Source: Octopus sinensis
Taxonomy: Eukaryota
Direction of reading: 5' to 3'
Length of the DNA: 64,000 bases
Assembly: GCF_006345805.1 (NCBI RefSeq)
Contig: NC_043008.1
Coordinates: forward strand, 32,922,001 to 32,986,000
Part shown: positions 1 to 14,793 of the stretch, in pieces
Numbering within the stretch: position 1 is the first letter of the stretch
Layout: each line of letters starts with the position of its first letter
Made by a program: the position numbers and the translations under genes
Notes under the pieces: model-generated
Seen by the model: the letters and a program-made list of their open reading frames with translations, nothing else
What the model was told of the DNA's origin: nothing
Database searches by the model: none

Positions 1-1186
1 TAAAAGAATAAAAGAATATGTATGAAATTTCCCAGACGCAAGAGAATCAGGTACTTAAATAGTGAAAGCACCAAGGTCAAGTCAGTTGTAATCGTATCAT
101 GTACAAACAGTATTTAAGGACAAATACATACTTACTAAAGTAAACACGGACTTTTACTCCAGTTATGCATACATTCACAAATGATTGACTAAATACACAA
201 TTAATCATCAAGGTCACCCATGGGTACGCTCACTGCACTTATTGTACCACTGTCTGTAGATTCTATATACAAATGAATTACATGTTCTAAGTTAGGTGCC
301 AGATAAACAAATAACAACAGATGGATTGTGGTTCACTTCAGCTGTTTTACACGTGTTTTTTATTGGCAAACAGATGTGTTACATCATGCTCCTCTGGCTG
401 AACATATCTATAATTCACTCAGTGTTAAATGAATTTGGTTAACTACATCAAACAATCAGATAGCAACAAATGCAAGTAAAAAAAACATTCTAGGAAATTC
501 TTCATATATGACAAATAAATCCAAATATTGTTCAGAAGAATTTCAAGAAACTTGGAGTATAAGACAAGAATAAGAATGGAGAAAATCACATCTTTAATTG
601 GTGATTACACCATACATTACTGATAATCGTTTCTACTGTGCCAGCATATTTTGATACAGAAAATAGAATACAATACCAGTCAAATTAATATCCTATATCT
701 GAAAATATATGCTAACAACATCATTATAAAGGCAATCCAAAACAGATTAAATTCAAAGTAAACACAGTTAATACCACACACACTGCTACATACACACACC
801 ACACATGCACACACACACACAGTTACCATCACATGCTACCATGCACACACACACGCAGTTACTGCCACACACACGCAGTTACTGCCACACACACGCACAC
901 ACACACACATGCCAACCATCTTCACACTCTCCTGTCCCAGAAAGCACTTTCTCTTCCTCGCTTCAGAAATACAACAGCCCATGGACTGTTGGTTGATAAT
1001 TGTTTTCCTCTTCCTTTTTTCCCATTAAACTTTCTTATTTTTCCTGTTTCCAATGAAGAGCTATGCTCGAAATGTAAGACAACTACCCTTTGAATGTCAT
1101 ATTAATACATTGCTTGTGCTACATCCTCACATTTGATTGAGTTTTCTTTTGTCTTTTTAATTGACTATATATATACATATACATAC

Positions 1187-1308
<122 letters not shown>

Positions 1309-1309
1309 G

Positions 1310-1396
<87 letters not shown>

Positions 1397-1399
<3 letters not shown>

Positions 1400-1575
1400 A
1401 GAATTCACAAAACAATAAATGACAAAGACAGGTGGTGTAGAAAACAGATGTATTAGTATAATGCTGGGGAATTGAAAAAGTCTTTCATTTTGAGCCTATG
1501 CTCTTCCACAGAAAGGAACACAGAAAGAAATAAGGAGAGAAAAAAATGGGTCTAGTGGCTAGCAATCTATCATGG
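1397..1575 (+). repeat. Dispersed repeat that starts directly after (TA)n; copies 2191-2378 and 48628-48790
   Basis: GGGAGAG.TT...AAAGAC.AAGACAGGTGG...CAGATGTATTAGTAT...GAGCCTA.GCTCTTC.ACAGAAAG in all three. Confidence 0.75.
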
Positions 1576-3463
1576 TGAATGCCGGATAGAAGGGTCACAC
1601 AGGAGAGCTAAGAAGAAGGGGATATAACAAAGTAGTAGTGATCCCAAAACGTCCAGCTTCTCCACCCACTCTTCCTGAGAAGACCATGGATATAAAGTCG
1701 TCTGGCACCTCATTCACTGGACCCTGTCAGAAACAACCATTGTTACACTTTCTAAATGGATTCCTGAATGCAACTAACTGTGATTATGGATATTCTATAT
1801 TTATCAAAAACAGATGCTAAGTGATGATGATATATTAATTTTTAGAAGGGAAGATTGACAGAAACTTTGACATTTCAACCTATTATCCATCCACAGACTG
1901 ATGATGGCTAGTAAGCCAAAACTTTGAGGTCACAATGAGCATTTTCCTTGTTAAATTGAATATATTGAAGAGTTTCACTTTATCCCTCAGTTTAATGTTT
2001 GGCTGTTTTCATAAACAACTTTACTTAAAAATAAACATGGAGATATGTATATAGATATTAAAAAAATCTCATATTACAATTGTTTTTGTGACACTGTTAC
2101 TGTCAAAACATTGCTAAATTTTTCTCACCATTAAATACTCTTCATTAAATATTATAGCATAACTAGTTTATATACATATATATATATATAGGGAGAGTTT
2201 ATGAAAAAAACAAAAGACGAAGACAGGTGGTGTGCAAAACAAACAGATGTATTAGTATAAAGCTCAGGAATAGAAAAAGTCTTTTATGTTTCAAGCCTAC
2301 GCTCTTCGACAGAAAGGGACACAGAAAAAAACAAGGAGGGAAAAAAATGTGTGTAGTGGCTAACGATCTATCATGGCGTGGGGAAAAATAAGATTGATGA
2401 AATGTGTGTATGAAAGAAAGTTATTTATTAAACTACATCAGTATGGTATGTTTGTATTTCATGATATCCTTACAAATGCTTAAAACACAGAACAGACTCT
2501 TTCGCTGACTGTGCGTGTGTGTGTGATAAACATAAACTAAAACTTGTATTTTATGAAAGAAACAAATTTCAATTTTTTTTTTATCGCCTGCCATCACTAC
2601 ATCATACTGTCATAGTCTCAGTGATTGACTATTTAACTATTTATCTCTACACTCGACTTATTTAACATAGCAACCACATTTTTCTCTGAACTGAGGAATC
2701 ACACATGACATGTCTCCTATTATGAACCTTATGACATTATTGACCAAATCAAATAAAGACAGATTGATTGCAATAAAAATATTGGTTGAATAGAAAAAAA
2801 AATGTTCAAACGAAACGGAATTACTAGATGAAGTGATTTGCTTGGTCAGTGCGTTTTTATTAGTCTTTTCAAAAAGATAACTCTATTTCATGGTGTAAGT
2901 TTCCTGAAATAGGGCTGATGGAATTTACTCAACAACAATTACCAGAACCCTGCCATTATCTCTATTACTGCCAACTGTCTGTCTGCTCTCATTGTTGTCT
3001 ATTCCGTCTTTGTCATCTGTTTCCTATCAATGTCATCTGTTCCTTGTAAATATTGTTTCCTCCCTATCAGTGTCTCTTCAAAACCTGTCACCATCATTTC
3101 CTTCTCTTTTGCCATCTCTTCTTTATTGTTGTCTCTTCTGTGTTACTGTCATCACTTTTCTAATATTATCATCTTTTCATTCCTTTTGTCATGTCCTCTC
3201 TATCTCTTATCATCAGCTGTTTCTAATGTCATTTACACTCTTTCATTGTCTTCTCATCTTATATTGTCCATGTCACAATCATTTCTTTCTCTATCACCGT
3301 CATATTTTCCTTATCACTGTCACCTCTTCTCCGTCATTGTCTCTGCTCTGTGTGTTGTCATTGTCTGCTATTGTCCACGTCATTCTCTTTCTTATCAATG
3401 TGTTTGGCAAAGTCAAATATCACAGTAGTCTCTCCCACACTATTCAGGTTGTATTGTATTCAG

Positions 3464-3505
3464 GTCGGCATCAGTGCAGTCAAGCTCATCTCATGCATCT
3501 CTCAG
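3464..3505 (+). CDS. Candidate upstream exon (phase 2/2), SASVQSSSHASL(R)
   Basis: ttgtattcAG|GTCGGCATC...CTCTCAG|GTttgt; 42 nt; the AG end joins A of 14794 to give ...HASLRFRHAAF. Acceptor ambiguous (open in-frame alternatives start at 3429 and 3448). No recognisable homology. Confidence 0.4.
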
Positions 3506-4414
3506 GTTTGTACCACTTTTACTTCAACATAAGGCTGTTTTTTTTGCGTTTATTGTCTTTATTTTTCTTTGGTTTCTTAACTCATTTAACCCAGTTGAAA
3601 TTTAACTATTAACTCTTGGTTTAAACAGCTTGCTTGCTTGCATGCTTTGATTTTGACATGTTTTACTACTCTGATCTTGGTTTTTTTCCTTTTTCTAACA
3701 AATATATTGCTTGTTCATCAATACTTTGGAATCAGTCATTCATGTTTTTTCCTTGTTTTTCTCCTTATTCTTAATATTGCTAACATTACTACAATTAACA
3801 CCAATACTTCTACTGTTGATATTATTACTGCTAACAATAATAATACTAACAGGAATGATACTGGCAAAAATAATGCTTCCCTATTCTATGTCTTGCTCAT
3901 TTTTCTTCTTACTTATGTTATATCTTTCTACTAATCAACCATTTATTTCGTTTTTGTATTTGGTTTGCAAGATTCTTGATGTGAACTCATACATTGAAAC
4001 ATATTTTGTTGTCTCAAAGGAGGATCATTGTGCCAATAATAAACACACACACACACTGGTTGTCTTTCACTTCTTTTATTCTTATAAGTCAATCATTTAA
4101 CCAGTTAACTATTTGTTTGTTTGGTTAATCCTATGGTTAACCAATCAACCAGCGTGGTTTGTCAAAGTCCTTTCATTGCCATTTATGACCTCATTAATGA
4201 CATGCCCCCGCTATTTCAGGTCTTTCTGTCGCAGTGACAAATAAAACTAAAACAAACCTGGAGGGGGGGTCATGGACGAGGTCTGGAATGGCAATAAAAA
4301 GACTTTGACAGACTTAGCTGATAGATTGAATGATTGAGTAACCAAAGAATTAATCAACTAATTAATTAGCTAATTGGTTAAATTATTAACCAATTGACTA
4401 ATAACAACAACAAC

Positions 4415-4456
<42 letters not shown>

Positions 4457-5329
4457 CCTTACTTTCATAAGCACAAGGCCTGAAATTTTGTGGGAGGGGA
4501 CTAGTTGATTACATCGACCCCAGAATGTCACTGGTACTTAGCAATAATAATAATAATAAAGAAATGAAATAGAACCAGTGCATAAGTTTATTATTGGCAT
4601 AATGACCCTTCAGAGATACAACAAAGCCGTTTCTTACTCTCTATATCTTCTCCTTCATTTCACTATCTGTTGTATGTGAGAATGATAAAGAAATGGAAAA
4701 AGACAGGGAAATCCCTTCTCTTCTTCCCCCTTTTTTTCCCTCTTTATCACTTTCATGTAGTTATTTCTATTGCAAATTTTTTTCTAAACTTATGTTCTCT
4801 TTCTCTCTCTCTATCTCTCTCTCTCTCCTTCTCTATCTCACACACACACACACACACATACATACATACATACATACAAATGCACTCAGATAGATACATA
4901 CATACAAGCACACACACACACATATCGATAGATATGCAAATACATTATCTACTTTGTTTTTCTTGTGTTGCATGCTGGAATGCATATTCTATTATTGTTA
5001 GCATGAAAGAGTTTTTACAATAAATACTAATTTCATTATTATTATTATTATTATTATGCCTTTGAATGCTTCTCGACTTTGTATGTAACATTAGTGTTCA
5101 TTTTTTTATCATTATAACTAATATTATCTATGGGGGTTGTATTTTACATATGGCTTGAACCTATGTATTTGGTGGGTTGTTTCTTTTTGATTTAGCTTTA
5201 TTTAGAGATATACTATTAAGAATATTTTTACTTCTATAATAAGAACACGTTTTATTCATTGGAGTTATGTAATTTTTTTCATTTGTTGATTTTGGTAGAT
5301 TTATGTATGTAAATTTCAATATGATGATG

Positions 5330-7520
5330 GCCAATTCTTTAGTGGATCCTATCAATGCCTGTACATCCTGTCTCTGATGTACAGCTTTGGTCACAGAATG
5401 GACACGTAGATATTTGGTTGGCAGCTCCAGGTGTAACTCTGTCCTGGTAGTACTTATCTTTCCTGCTTATCCTGGTTGTGCTGAATAAGTTTATCTTCCA
5501 TATTTCCAAGTACCCTCCATTAATGAGACCACCAAAGTTTGGGAAGGTTAAGTGGTGTCTTTTCCACCCTTAAAATTTTATGTTGCTTCTCTTCAACGAA
5601 CCACTTATTTGGTCTTCTATCTAGGCATTAGTCATGACCATGGGTGATACTGGAGAGATTCAAGTCAGAAATGCATACTACAAGGTCAAACCATCTCAGT
5701 TAATGTCTGTATAGTGTAGATGTAATATTGTGTGTTCGTTCAATGGAGAATTTCTGTATGAAATCCTATTTTGGCCAGTAACTAAAAGGAACTTCCAGAG
5801 ACACTGGTTGATAGCAGTTTCCAGCATTCTAATCTGCTAGCAATCTATGGTCCATATTTTACACCCATACAGGACAGTATAAGCATAGGCTTTGTATAGA
5901 GACTGGGATGATTGCTAAGAAAGACTCTCTATCCGAGCCTTCCAGAAGATAAAGAGGTCTTTCTAAGACTGTTTAGAGTATCTTTGTCCTGCATGTACTA
6001 ATTCGAATGTTGTTACATAAACATTTGAATTGAGAAAGCATGTCTTGTAACTGATGTACTGAAAAAGTAGGAGGAGAAATAGCAGCAGAGTACATCAATG
6101 AAAGATGATCTCAATTTTCTGGACATTAATAAGCTTTCTTTCATGAGCTCAAATGATGGATGAAACTGTGTGCATCAAGAGTACAAGCTATACAGCACAG
6201 TCATCAGTACACTGTAATTCAATGACCTGTTAAGCTTTCTGATGTTGAAAAGGTCCCTGTTGAGAAATAATGTTAATTGTGTCTTTTGTCTCCCTTTCTG
6301 TTCATCAGTTAACTGTGTGGTAACAAGACAAGGAAGAGATTAAACAATATAGAGGATAGTTCATAACTTTTCTGGCACCTATTTCTGCAATTTAAGAGCA
6401 CAAATTTCTGCCCTCCAATAACATATTGGACCTTGTCTCTGCATTCAACTGGCAGAGAAGATTCATGGATTTAGGTGGGCAGCCAAACTTTCTATGAACA
6501 TTCCACAGAATTTGCCTGTTTACAGCATCAAACACTTTACACAGATTTACAAACGCCCATGCAATAAACAGATCCTAATGTTGGTTTCTGTATTCTTCTT
6601 TAAGTTGTTTTGTAACAAAGAATCTGCTGATTGTGCTCCAGTTCCTTTGAAAGCTGTATTGTGCCTCTTGTGTGATGTTTCCTGGCACTGATGGAATCAG
6701 TCTTTTGAATAAATCTTAGTAAAGACTACCCAGCAATGAAAGGAGTGCTATTTATCCACAGTTAGCAAAACAGATTTGTCTCCTTTGTTTTATAGATGTT
6801 ACGGTATATACTCAGGTGTATACTATTATTCCATGCAATCCCTGATTCAATGCATCTTTGATGTAGTGATTAATCACCATGCCACCGTCATGTTCTCTCC
6901 TGGAATGTTGTCCAGTCCAAAACCTTTCAATGTTTTAGTGTTTTTTTATAACAGCACTAAATTTGGCAAATGTCACTTGTTCATCAATCCAATTGATTAC
7001 AGTTTCACAAAATTTTTCCATGACTGATATAGTTTGGTTTAGAATCTACTTGAAGTATTCTTATTAGTACTCTACTATTGTTAGCAAATTTATTAGTATA
7101 GATATTTCATCTGATATATTAAGGAATAATTTCTAGGAACATAGAAGGTAGGTCTTTATTTCATCATACAAAATATTCATGTCATTCTTGTCTGTATGTA
7201 TCAGGATTTCTTATCCTAAAAGCTGAATGGCGTCTATGGCAAGCTATGACAACCCATCATTCAGTATTTAGGGAAGGATAGAAGACTAATGCTTTTTTGA
7301 AAGTGTGATTAATAAACTATCCATAGTTGCTCTTTGGGTCTTGTCCATGTCATTCATGAACATGCTGATTTGAGTTCTATTGTACCAGTTTTTATGTATG
7401 TTGGGAATCAGATATATTATCTGGAATCTGATTATTTCAGCAGTAGTATCACTGTGTGCATAACTTACAGAGGAACCATTTATCATCCATGCCGATTCAC
7501 AAGGCATTGAATACCTCTGA
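5330..7520 (-). mobile_element. Degenerate RTE-clade LINE (reverse transcriptase region and C-terminus)
   Basis: Minus-strand relic motifs read by eye: GLDNIPGE (~6900), ETQYSFQRNWST...AFVNLCKVFDAVNRQILW..KFGCP (~6690-6480), TVLYGCKIWT (5878-5849), LRWFDLVVCI (5699-5670). Many stops and frameshifts; outer boundaries approximate. Confidence 0.85.
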
Positions 7521-8184
7521 AGCATTAAGTTCTATTTAAAAATTGCATGGTATTATTTAATAATATATCAACAATTTATTTAAAATATTTGTTGAATGCT
7601 AACAGGGATATTAAGCTGCATGAATTCTTTAAAGGTGATGCATGTTCTGAATATAAGCAGTTTGATCATTAAATTAAATCTTTCAGCATGCTTTACTATA
7701 TATCTTTTTTCAGCATGCTAAAGCAATCACCTCATTTGAGCATGAGATTTCATATACTCTTGGATTTTAAATATATTTATTGTTTTTTAATCTCATAAAT
7801 TCTCCATAAGTTCTTGGTAATTATGATAATAATAATTCTTATTTTGAATAATAATAATTGATGATAATTAATAATGCATATCTGTAATTAATGTTTTAAT
7901 GCTTTATAAAATTTTATCAAAACATAAAATCAAAACATCAAATAATTGTAATGCTCCTAATGAAATCTATAATTACAAGATAAAAATTAATATTTGTAAT
8001 TTTTTATATTATCTTTTCAGTATAGATATGTATATGTTGCTGATTTATATATATATATTGATATCCATTCATTGCTAAATGATAGATGAATTTAATGTAT
8101 TCCTTTTAATGAAACATCTAAATAAGCACTGCAGTATACATACATACATTCATACATACATTCATACATACATTCATACATACA

Positions 8185-8215
<31 letters not shown>

Positions 8216-9193
8216 TGTTTTGATTTATATTTTTTAACAGGTCTCTATTGTAAAAGATTTACGTATTTAAATGACAATTATAGATAATCTACACATCAAG
8301 TAGTTCTGCTCCAAATTTAAAATCATTTATAGATTTTTTTTTAATGAAATGCTTGTTGGTTTTTTTTTTACTTTTGCTTTTCTTTCATTTACTATCTTAA
8401 AATACATATATGACAAATCTATTTAAAATATTTTATCTTTGATTTAAATCTAATGCTTTCATTTAAGGACAGGAATTGATATTTGCACTATCATCATCAT
8501 GATCACAATTCAGTTAATTACAAATATTTAGTTTTGTTGCTTTATTTCTTTGATTGGAGGTTTTATATTTTATTTCAGGGTGTTTTTGTCTGTATTTTCA
8601 TTTTCTTATTGTCATTTTCATTAATTTGAATTTGTCTTCTCTAAGCTATCCTGTGATTAAGTTCACATTAAAAGTATTTGGTTCTGGGTTTCAGCTTATT
8701 AGGTCAGACGCTGGACAAATGTCTTCTCTAACACTCTCTGGCTGCCAATACCATGGAAATGAAATCTTGAAGGAAAGGCCACAGAAGTTCACTATATATA
8801 ATATATATATACACACACAAGTATATATATATATATATATATATACATACATATATATATACACATATATAAATACAGGAGTGAGTAAAGCACAGGAGTG
8901 GCTGTGTGGTAAAAAGGTTGCTTCTCAACCACATGGTTTTGGGTTCATATATATATATATATGTGTGCGTGTGTGTGTGTTTGTCCCCCCACTATTGCCT
9001 GACAACCAGGGTTAGTGTGTTTACATCCCCGAAACTTAGTGGTTTGGCAAAAGAGATTGATAAGCTTACACAGAATAAGTTCTAGGGTCAATTCAACTAA
9101 AGGCTATACTCCAGCATGGCCACAGTCAAAATAACTGAAACAAGTAAGAGAATAAAAGAAAAAAATGCATGTGCATATATGTATGTATGTATG

Positions 9194-9261
<68 letters not shown>

Positions 9262-9500
9262 ACATCGATTTTCTAGAACCAGTGATTCCAAAACTCTTCC
9301 AGATTACTAATTTATTTGAACCAGAGGTGGTCATCTCCAAATTGAGCAAATATTAAATTTACTTGAATAAATAAATGAAATACAGATATCTGTACATTAG
9401 TATAAATAAAACATGTTTATTAAAACTGTGTACGCATGTGTGTGTTTGTGTGTGTATATATGTGTATGTGTATATATCTATTTATCTATATGTATTGTTG

Positions 9501-9972
9501 TGACCCCCTTCGGTCATGAATGACCATGGGATTGCACCTAGAAAGTTATCCGCCGAGGCACAAGTCTGGGCAAGTTTGTTTATGGAAGACCAGCAGTCGC
9601 CACGCAAGGGAAAGGTAAAGGCCAATACAGCTTGGCACCAGTGATGTCGCAGCTCATTTATTAACTTGCAAGTGGCAGAGCACTCCACGGACACATGTAC
9701 CCTTAACATAGTTCTCAGGGAGATTTAGCATGACACAGAGTGTGACAAGGCGGGCCCTTTGAAATACAAGTACAACAGAAACAGGAAGAAAGAGTGAGAG
9801 AAAGTTGCAGTGAAGGAGTACAGCAGGGTTCACCACCACCCCCAGCCGGAGCCTTGTGGAGCTTTAGGTGTTTTCGCTCAATAAACACTCACAATGCCCA
9901 GTCCGGGAATCGAAACCTAGATCCTACGACCGCGAGTCCGCTGCTCTAACCACTGGGCCATTGCACCTCCAC
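9501..9972 (-). mobile_element. Full-length tRNA-derived SINE
   Basis: Minus strand begins GTGGAGGTGCAATGGCCCAGTGGTTAGAGCAGCGGACTCGCGGTCGTAGGATCTAGGTTTCGATTCCCGG (A and B boxes); 3' part shared with 41348-41682. Confidence 0.85.
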
Positions 9973-10261
9973 ATTTATATATATATATATATGTATGTAT
10001 GTATGTACATGACACATGAGTGAGTGTGTGGTAAGTAGCTTGCTTACCAACCACATGGTTCTGGGTTCAGTCCCACAGCGTTGCACTTTGGGTAGGTGTC
10101 TTCTACTAATAGCCTTGGGCCAACCAAAGCCTTATGAGTGGATTTGGTAGATGGAAACCGAAAGAAGCCCGTTATATATATATATGTGTGTGTGTGTGTG
10201 CGTGCATGTGTGTGTGCATGTGTGCGTGTGTTTGTGTCTCTCTCTCTCTCTCTCTCTCTCT

Positions 10262-10294
<33 letters not shown>

Positions 10295-10329
10295 TTGGCA
10301 ATAAACATTTTTGTGATTTCTAAATATTT

Positions 10330-11220
10330 TTGGAGACCTTATTTTTGGGATTGCCCTTGTAGATGCATTGGCGCCATAAAGACTACAGATACAGAGGAAA
10401 CTGATTTCCTCAAATGTGCTGGAGGCCCTCTGGAAGTAGTAGGTAATTTCTGCTACATAGGAGGCTTAATTAGCAGTGGAGGAGAATGTAGTGAAAGTGT
10501 AACAGCTAGAATAAGATGGAGAAAGTTCAGAGAGCTTTTACTTCTGTTTGCAACCAAAGGTCTCTCTCCCTCTCTCTCTTTCTCTCTCTCTCTCCAAAGG
10601 AAGGGAAGATTGTATGATGCATGTGTATGAACAATGGGCCCTGAATGCTCAAGATATGCTAAGACTGGAGTGGAGCAAAACTAGTATTCTCCACTGGACC
10701 TGTTATATCAGGATATATGTGCAACAGAACACTAGTGCATTGAGAGAAAAGTCAGGTAAAAGGGGAATTAGAATCAGTGTGGAAGAGAGAGGACTGTGCT
10801 GGTTTGGTCATGTGATGCAGATAGATGACGGCAGTTGCATAAAGAAGTGCCAATCACTTAAAATGGAAGTTGTGGAAGAAGGAGACCCAGGAAGACAGGA
10901 GGTGATTAAAGGCTGGTCTCAAAACACTGAGCCTTATAAAGACAATAAAGGACTGAGATATATGGTGCATTACTGTACTCAAGAAGACCTATCATCTACA
11001 GTGTGCCATGTAAAAAGTGCTGGTGCTACAGAAAAAGCACTGGTGGTGGTGTCACATAAAAAGCACCTAGAGCACTTAGTAAAGTGGTTGATATAAGGAA
11101 GGACATCCAGCTGTAGAAACCAAGGAAAAACAGACTACGGAATCTGGTGTCACCCAGGCTACTCAGCCCATACCAACATGGAAAACAGACATTGAATAAT
11201 GAGGATGGTGATGATGTACA
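10330..11220 (+). mobile_element. 5'-truncated RTE-like LINE 3' end with its tail repeat
   Basis: LEVVGNFCYIG..ISSGGECSESVTARIR.WRKFRELL, KGRLYDACV, WALN, LCWFGHVMQ in ORFs 10151-10630 and 10548-11096; interrupted by (CT)n; ends in the common ...CATGGAAAACAGACATT..GATGATG tail. Confidence 0.85.
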
Positions 11221-14200
11221 TGTATGTATTTCATGCATATATAAAGCATAAAATGAGCAAAACCAATGCATCAAACAAATGCACCATTATATACTGTGTT
11301 ATTAAAATCTGACTGGGGTATCACTCTTTATACTGAAACCAGCTCTAATGAGATCAATACAATAAGTACTTGACTCAATTACTGGATTCAATGTAAATTA
11401 GTAAGAATCCATTGAAAGTGGTGCCCCATTACTTAAAACATGATTATTTTCCTTGTGGTGGCTGTGTGACTTAGAAGTTTACTTCCCAACCACATGGTTT
11501 AAGGTTCAGTCCCACTGCACTGTACCTTGGGCTAGTGTTTTGTACTATAGCCCAGGTCAAGTAAATCCTTGTGGGTGGATTTGGTTAAAGCTCCTCATGC
11601 ACACACACACTCATTAATACATAGTGTGTGTATGATTGTATGTTTGTGTCTCCATATGTCTTAACGTCACGTGGTTGTTGTGAATGAGTTTCATTCATTT
11701 CCAATATTCTGTGAAAACATCTCTAACCATGAGGAAATATTACCTTGCTTGGAAACAAGTGGGTATTGGCAACAGGATGTGGGAGCATCTACACCATAGC
11801 TCAATCTGTTAGAATTAACATATCTTTTTCAAATTATTATTACCTTTCATTGAAGAAAGAACCTCAAGACCAATGATTTTAGGGGAGGTGTATAGTCGAT
11901 TACATTGACCTTAGCACTCAACTGGTACTTATTTCATCAAACCTGTAAGAATTGGAACTCAGAATGTAAAGAGCCAGGAGAAATATTACTAAGCATTTTG
12001 TCTGAAGCCCAAACAATTCTGCCAGTTCACCATTTTAATTATTGATTTAAATTGATAGATGATAAAACAATCGATTTTATTGATTGGTTGTTTAAAAGGA
12101 AGTTATTGATAATTGTTATTTTTTTAAAATAACTTCTAAAGTTAAAGTGCAGGAATAAATTTTCATTGCATTTTGATCTGTGAATGTATATTTCTATATT
12201 GGCAAGGTTATAAGTGGAATACAGCATGGTATCTTTTTTGTATCTCTGCACACTGCATTCAAATACTGCTGTGGAAAACTTTCCCTTTCATCTTTTCGAG
12301 GTCAATAAAAAAAATGCCAATCTATGATGATGGAATGATGGAATTGAAGGAATGTTGCACCAGATGCTTTGCAGTATTTGTTCTGGCCCTTTGTGTTCTG
12401 AGTTCAAATCTTACCATAACCTACTTGGGTGGTAGCCTAATTTGTCACCTGGTTTAACATCACTACCTAACACCTTTGACTGTTTTTATTTGGTCCACAT
12501 TGTTGCAAACATTCAAACCAGGCCCTCAGTCAAAGGATACTTTCCTCCTACTTCCTACTAGTCTCAGTGACCCTGAAATGTATAATAAGTACTCCCTTCC
12601 TCCTGATTAAAAGATTAAAAAAAAAAAGAATTGAATGCTTAGCCTTAAATAGAAAAAAGAAAAGAAATAAATTATAAAATGTTTGACTATAAAAGTTTTC
12701 AAGTTTCACAGTCATTTGTGCATCAACCAAAATGTTTAATGGCATTTCTTCCAGGTCTGCATTCAAATTCTGCCGCAGTTGACTTTGCATTTCATCCTTT
12801 TTGAGGTTGATAAAACAAGTACCAGTTGAGCACTAGGTTTGATGACTTACTCTGTCTCACTAAAATTTCTCACCTTGTGCCAAAATTTGAAAGACTTTAT
12901 GATAAAAGTAAAAAATTTCAATGTCAGAGTTCAGTTCTACTGTGTGGCACCTTGGGTAAGTGTCTTCTACTATAGCCCTGAGCGAACCAAATCCTTATGA
13001 GTAGATTTGATATATGGAAACTGAAAGAAGCCCATTGTGTGTGCACGTGCATGTGTGTGTGTGCATATATCTATGTTTGTCCTCCACCTCCACTTGACAA
13101 TCAGACTTAAAAAAAGTATTGGAGTCGATTTGTTCAACATAATGTGAGTAAATATAACTACAATCAAAATAGATTATGGTGGGACAGCTGTATTATACTA
13201 AAAGAATATGCAACATGAAGATAAAAAAAAGTACATTAATTTACCATATTTTCTACCATCCAATTCGAAATGTTCTGGCCAAAATTTACAGTGGAAAAGG
13301 TAGGTCAACCAAGACAACTTTGGAGGATCAAAAAATTCCATGTAAAATGCTGCAGTATTTGAAAAGATAGTGACAATGTTTGAACGTTTACTTGACAGCT
13401 GGTGTTATTTTGCTTACATCAATGTAGCTTAGGGGTTCAGCAAGTGAGACTGATAAAATATGTATCAGACTTTAATAAAAGTCCTGGGGTGGATTTCTTT
13501 TTACCAATTCCTTAAAAGCAGTGACCCAGCATGGTCACAGTCCAATGACTCAAACAAGTAAAAGGTAAAAGATGTATGTAGGAGAAGGGAATTGCACATT
13601 GTGTGTGTGTGTGTGTGTGTGTGTGCACATGCATGCGTGCACAAAATTGTGAATTAGAGAGAGAAGATATGATTGCAGTCAAGCAGTTGAGTGGGAAGGC
13701 ATGGGCTATTTCATGTTAAATGTACTTTCAGAGTGGTTATTGATTAAATCATGGTGGATTGATTTTTGTAATTTGAGTTGTAACATTTCATTGATGACTT
13801 AACAATAACTTACTGAGAGTAAAGATAGTAAATATTCTCTGAAACTTTCATTGTAACACTAACTATTCAGCCATAATTTTGCTTCAGATCCTGAAAATAT
13901 TCAATATGTTAATATTTTTCAGTGTATGTGTGTGTGTATATTGAAATGTATCCTTTCATTTTTTAAAAAGGTTTGTTACAATAGGGTTATTTATGGCCCT
14001 AATGATTCAGATGTTTTATTCACACACACACACACACACACACACATGCGTGCATACACACACATATACACACATGCAGAAATGCATGGTCTTTCCTGAA
14101 GGGAAGAGATTTGAACCATCTAACCAGGAAGCAAAAAGACACTAAATATCCTTCCTCTGTAACACTGAGATACTTATTACAGATTACTTCAATCACCTGA

Positions 14201-14226
14201 TCAGCACACACACACACACAGACATA

Positions 14227-14272
<46 letters not shown>

Positions 14273-14357
14273 CCATATCCAAATTGAGGGAATGGTTCAG
14301 GTAAAATCCAGGGTACATGTTTCCTACCTAGCAAACCCTTGGAAGTAATAATTACTC

Positions 14358-14373
14358 AACAAGTCAAGTAGAT

Positions 14374-14451
<78 letters not shown>

Positions 14452-14468
14452 CTCTCTCTCTCTCTCTC
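14358..14468. repeat. (CT)n microsatellite ~330 bp upstream of exon 14794
   Basis: Directly visible. Confidence 0.95.
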
Positions 14469-14793
14469 ACACACACATTTACGTATACAGACATCTGCCT
14501 GTTGAAAATCTGTCGCAATAAACTCCATCTAACTCATGCAAGCATGGGTACATGGACATTAAAACTAAGATGATGACATTGATAATATATATACATATTC
14601 TCACTCTCACATAAAAATATCCACACACATGCTTACATATATATATGAATAATAAATACACACACATATATGTGCATACTACACATTTCTCCTCTTTCTT
14701 TCTTTCTTTCTCTTTTATTCCCTTTCTTTTTCTTATACATACACTCCTTCCTGATATCTAACTTTTTTGTCCCTCGCTTTTGTTTTCCATCAG

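Noticed and set aside
1846-1910. Open stretch KGRLTETLTFQPIIHPQTDDG with a GTAAGC donor
   Set aside because: Lies in repeat-like sequence (CTGATGATGGCT motif); nothing links it to the gene.
2992-3612. 206-aa S/L/F/C-rich ORF that looks membrane-like
   Set aside because: Arises from TC/TG low-complexity DNA; all three frames give similar junk; no NCX TM motifs (GSSAPE, GTS.PD).
9890-9972. tRNA-like A/B boxes here and at 41350, 49948 and 62341
   Set aside because: They are SINE heads without a complete cloverleaf or acceptor stem, not tRNA genes.
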